Assembly: GCA_030390025.1 (NCBI GenBank)
Contig: CM059432.1
Span: 67,768,001 to 67,832,000, forward strand
Source: Squalus acanthias
Taxonomy: Eukaryota
Length of the DNA stretch: 64,000 bases
Direction of reading: 5' to 3'
Each line of letters begins with the position of its first letter. Position 1 is the stretch's first letter. Position numbers and translations under genes: made by a program. The notes beneath the pieces are model-generated. The model made no database searches. It was not told where the DNA came from and saw only the letters and a list, made by a program, of their open reading frames with translations. This document shows, one piece after another, positions 62,128-64,000 of the stretch.

Positions 62128-64000
62128 ATTTTGTGTGACTGAAGTTGGGATGGATTTTCAGGGCAACATTTTGGGATCCTTGTATTGATTTTCTCTATAA
62201 TTCCCTGAAGCCTCAATGCAAGTGCTTCCCAATATGCAAAATTAATGTTCTTTACATATCTGAAAATTTTCCTCCAAACAGAAGTGTACTAGTTCTTATT
62301 TCTATTAATGTGCCTTTAAACGGGTATTCATAAACTTCCTCCATAATAATTCTCGTGAGAAATGGAACTCAAAGTTTTACCTTCAGTCATGTAATTTTTC
62401 TCACCAAAATGCTAAACAGAACTGAGATTGGTTCAAATGGAAACTTTCTCACCATCTATTTTACATGGGATCATTTTTCTCCATTATTATGCCTTGTACA
62501 TGATAACTTGAGTATCATTCAACTATGAGAAAATTCTGTTGCATTTGGCAAAAAAAGCCTAAAAAGTATTTTTCAGGTTACTCTAAAATATTGATGACCT
62601 CTTTTCCCATAATCTATATTATAAAATATATAGAGAATATACTCCTGTGGATTATCTACTTTAAAATACGATGCAATTGGAAATCTTTTGCAGGTATTTT
62701 TGTAGTTAGTAATCAGCCACATGGCATTCTCATGTGCATTTCCTTGGAGCCGCCTACTGTATGCTATTGAAAGCTAAATATCTCACTACACATAACCTGA
62801 AACACTGATGTGTTTTATTCTTACTCTAAATATTTCAGATATTTACAATTCGTTCTATCTGTAGCTTTCTGAGTTTAGTACAAAAAATGGCTATCGTGAT
62901 CATATATTAAATATGCATATATTATTTACAAATATTGTATTATAAGTGAACTTTAATTGCATCAGTACAACAATGTAATCCTTTGTTTTCAAAACAAAAT
63001 ATAATAATTTTTCTATGATGTGTTTCCTTAAAGTCATTTTACGTAAATTTAATTACTTGAGTTAATGAATTATTGTAAGATGTAGTTTGCAATTTCATTT
63101 TTTGCCTCAGTAATATCTTAGTACTGTGCATCAATGTGCAAAATGGAACAATTTTGAGAATTAAAAAATATTTTAAAACCTTTAGTGAAGTCGTTTCTCT
63201 GCTATTTTTAAGATCAGTGTAGAACATTTTTTACATATTCAACAATAAAAAAAGCTGCAGACCTTTTGAGACTATATACTGCATAGAACTAGCAATCCTG
63301 GTAATAGCAATAGCAGTAATATTAGATTGATAAATCTTTTCTTCTTAACTATAAAGTACTATCTCGTGTCACATCTTTTGGCAGAAGAAACAAGCTTCTA
63401 AATAGATTCCAGAGAATAATTAAGAACATTTTATTATTTTAAAACTAATCCATTCATAAAAATGATCACCCAAAATGCCTAAGTTTCATCTGGTGCCTTG
63501 GACTTTGCTTTTAGTCACTTTACATTAAATACTCAAATAGTAAAGAGGACACATATAAGGCCTGAGTAGGCTTATTTTTGTTGTTGAAAAATGGGCCTTT
63601 CCATGGAAAGTAATGAAGCACCAGTAAAATCACAGGAAAGAATGTTCTTGAAATGTGTGGTTCCATCAAAGGCTATTTTGTTAGCAGGAATGAAAAAAAA
63701 CCCACCAATCGTGGCACACCTGCCACAATGATCCTTTCCTGCTTCTCTAGCATCTAACGAGGCAGCATCTAATTAACCTATAAACAAGTCAGAGACATTT
63801 GTTAATCAGCTGTGGAGTGTGCATTAACAGTAGGAAATGGTTCGTATTTTACCAACCTGTCCCTGATAGCCACAGTGAAACCTGTTGTGGTCTATCACAA
63901 GGATATTTTCTGGAAGAAAAAGGCAGCCCCATATATGTAAACAAGCAGGCAAGTGTAGGAGCATGTGGCAGGAAGAGTAACCTCTGTGTCAAACACAAGA

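Overview
Eukaryotic genomic DNA, probably from a cartilaginous fish (shark); this is inferred from the SacSINE1-like DeuSINE and the CR1, Penelope and Harbinger repeat set. Only one host gene is clear: a single-coding-exon GPCR, NPBWR1 (59156-60157, +), in a repeat-poor zone. The ~57 kb upstream is a heavily nested mosaic of transposons. It holds several PIF/Harbinger DNA transposons with convergent transposase and 3-exon Myb/SANT genes, one with an apparently intact transposase (21477-25746), plus their MITEs. It also holds a Penelope-like element with pseudo-LTRs and a hammerhead motif, two LINE lineages of the CR1 group, L2 tails and two solo LTRs. The most unusual item is an ORF1-only Tx1/L1-like retroelement inserted in the tRNA-derived head of a SINE. 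No prokaryotic-type systems are present. All calls were made by eye; no searches were run.
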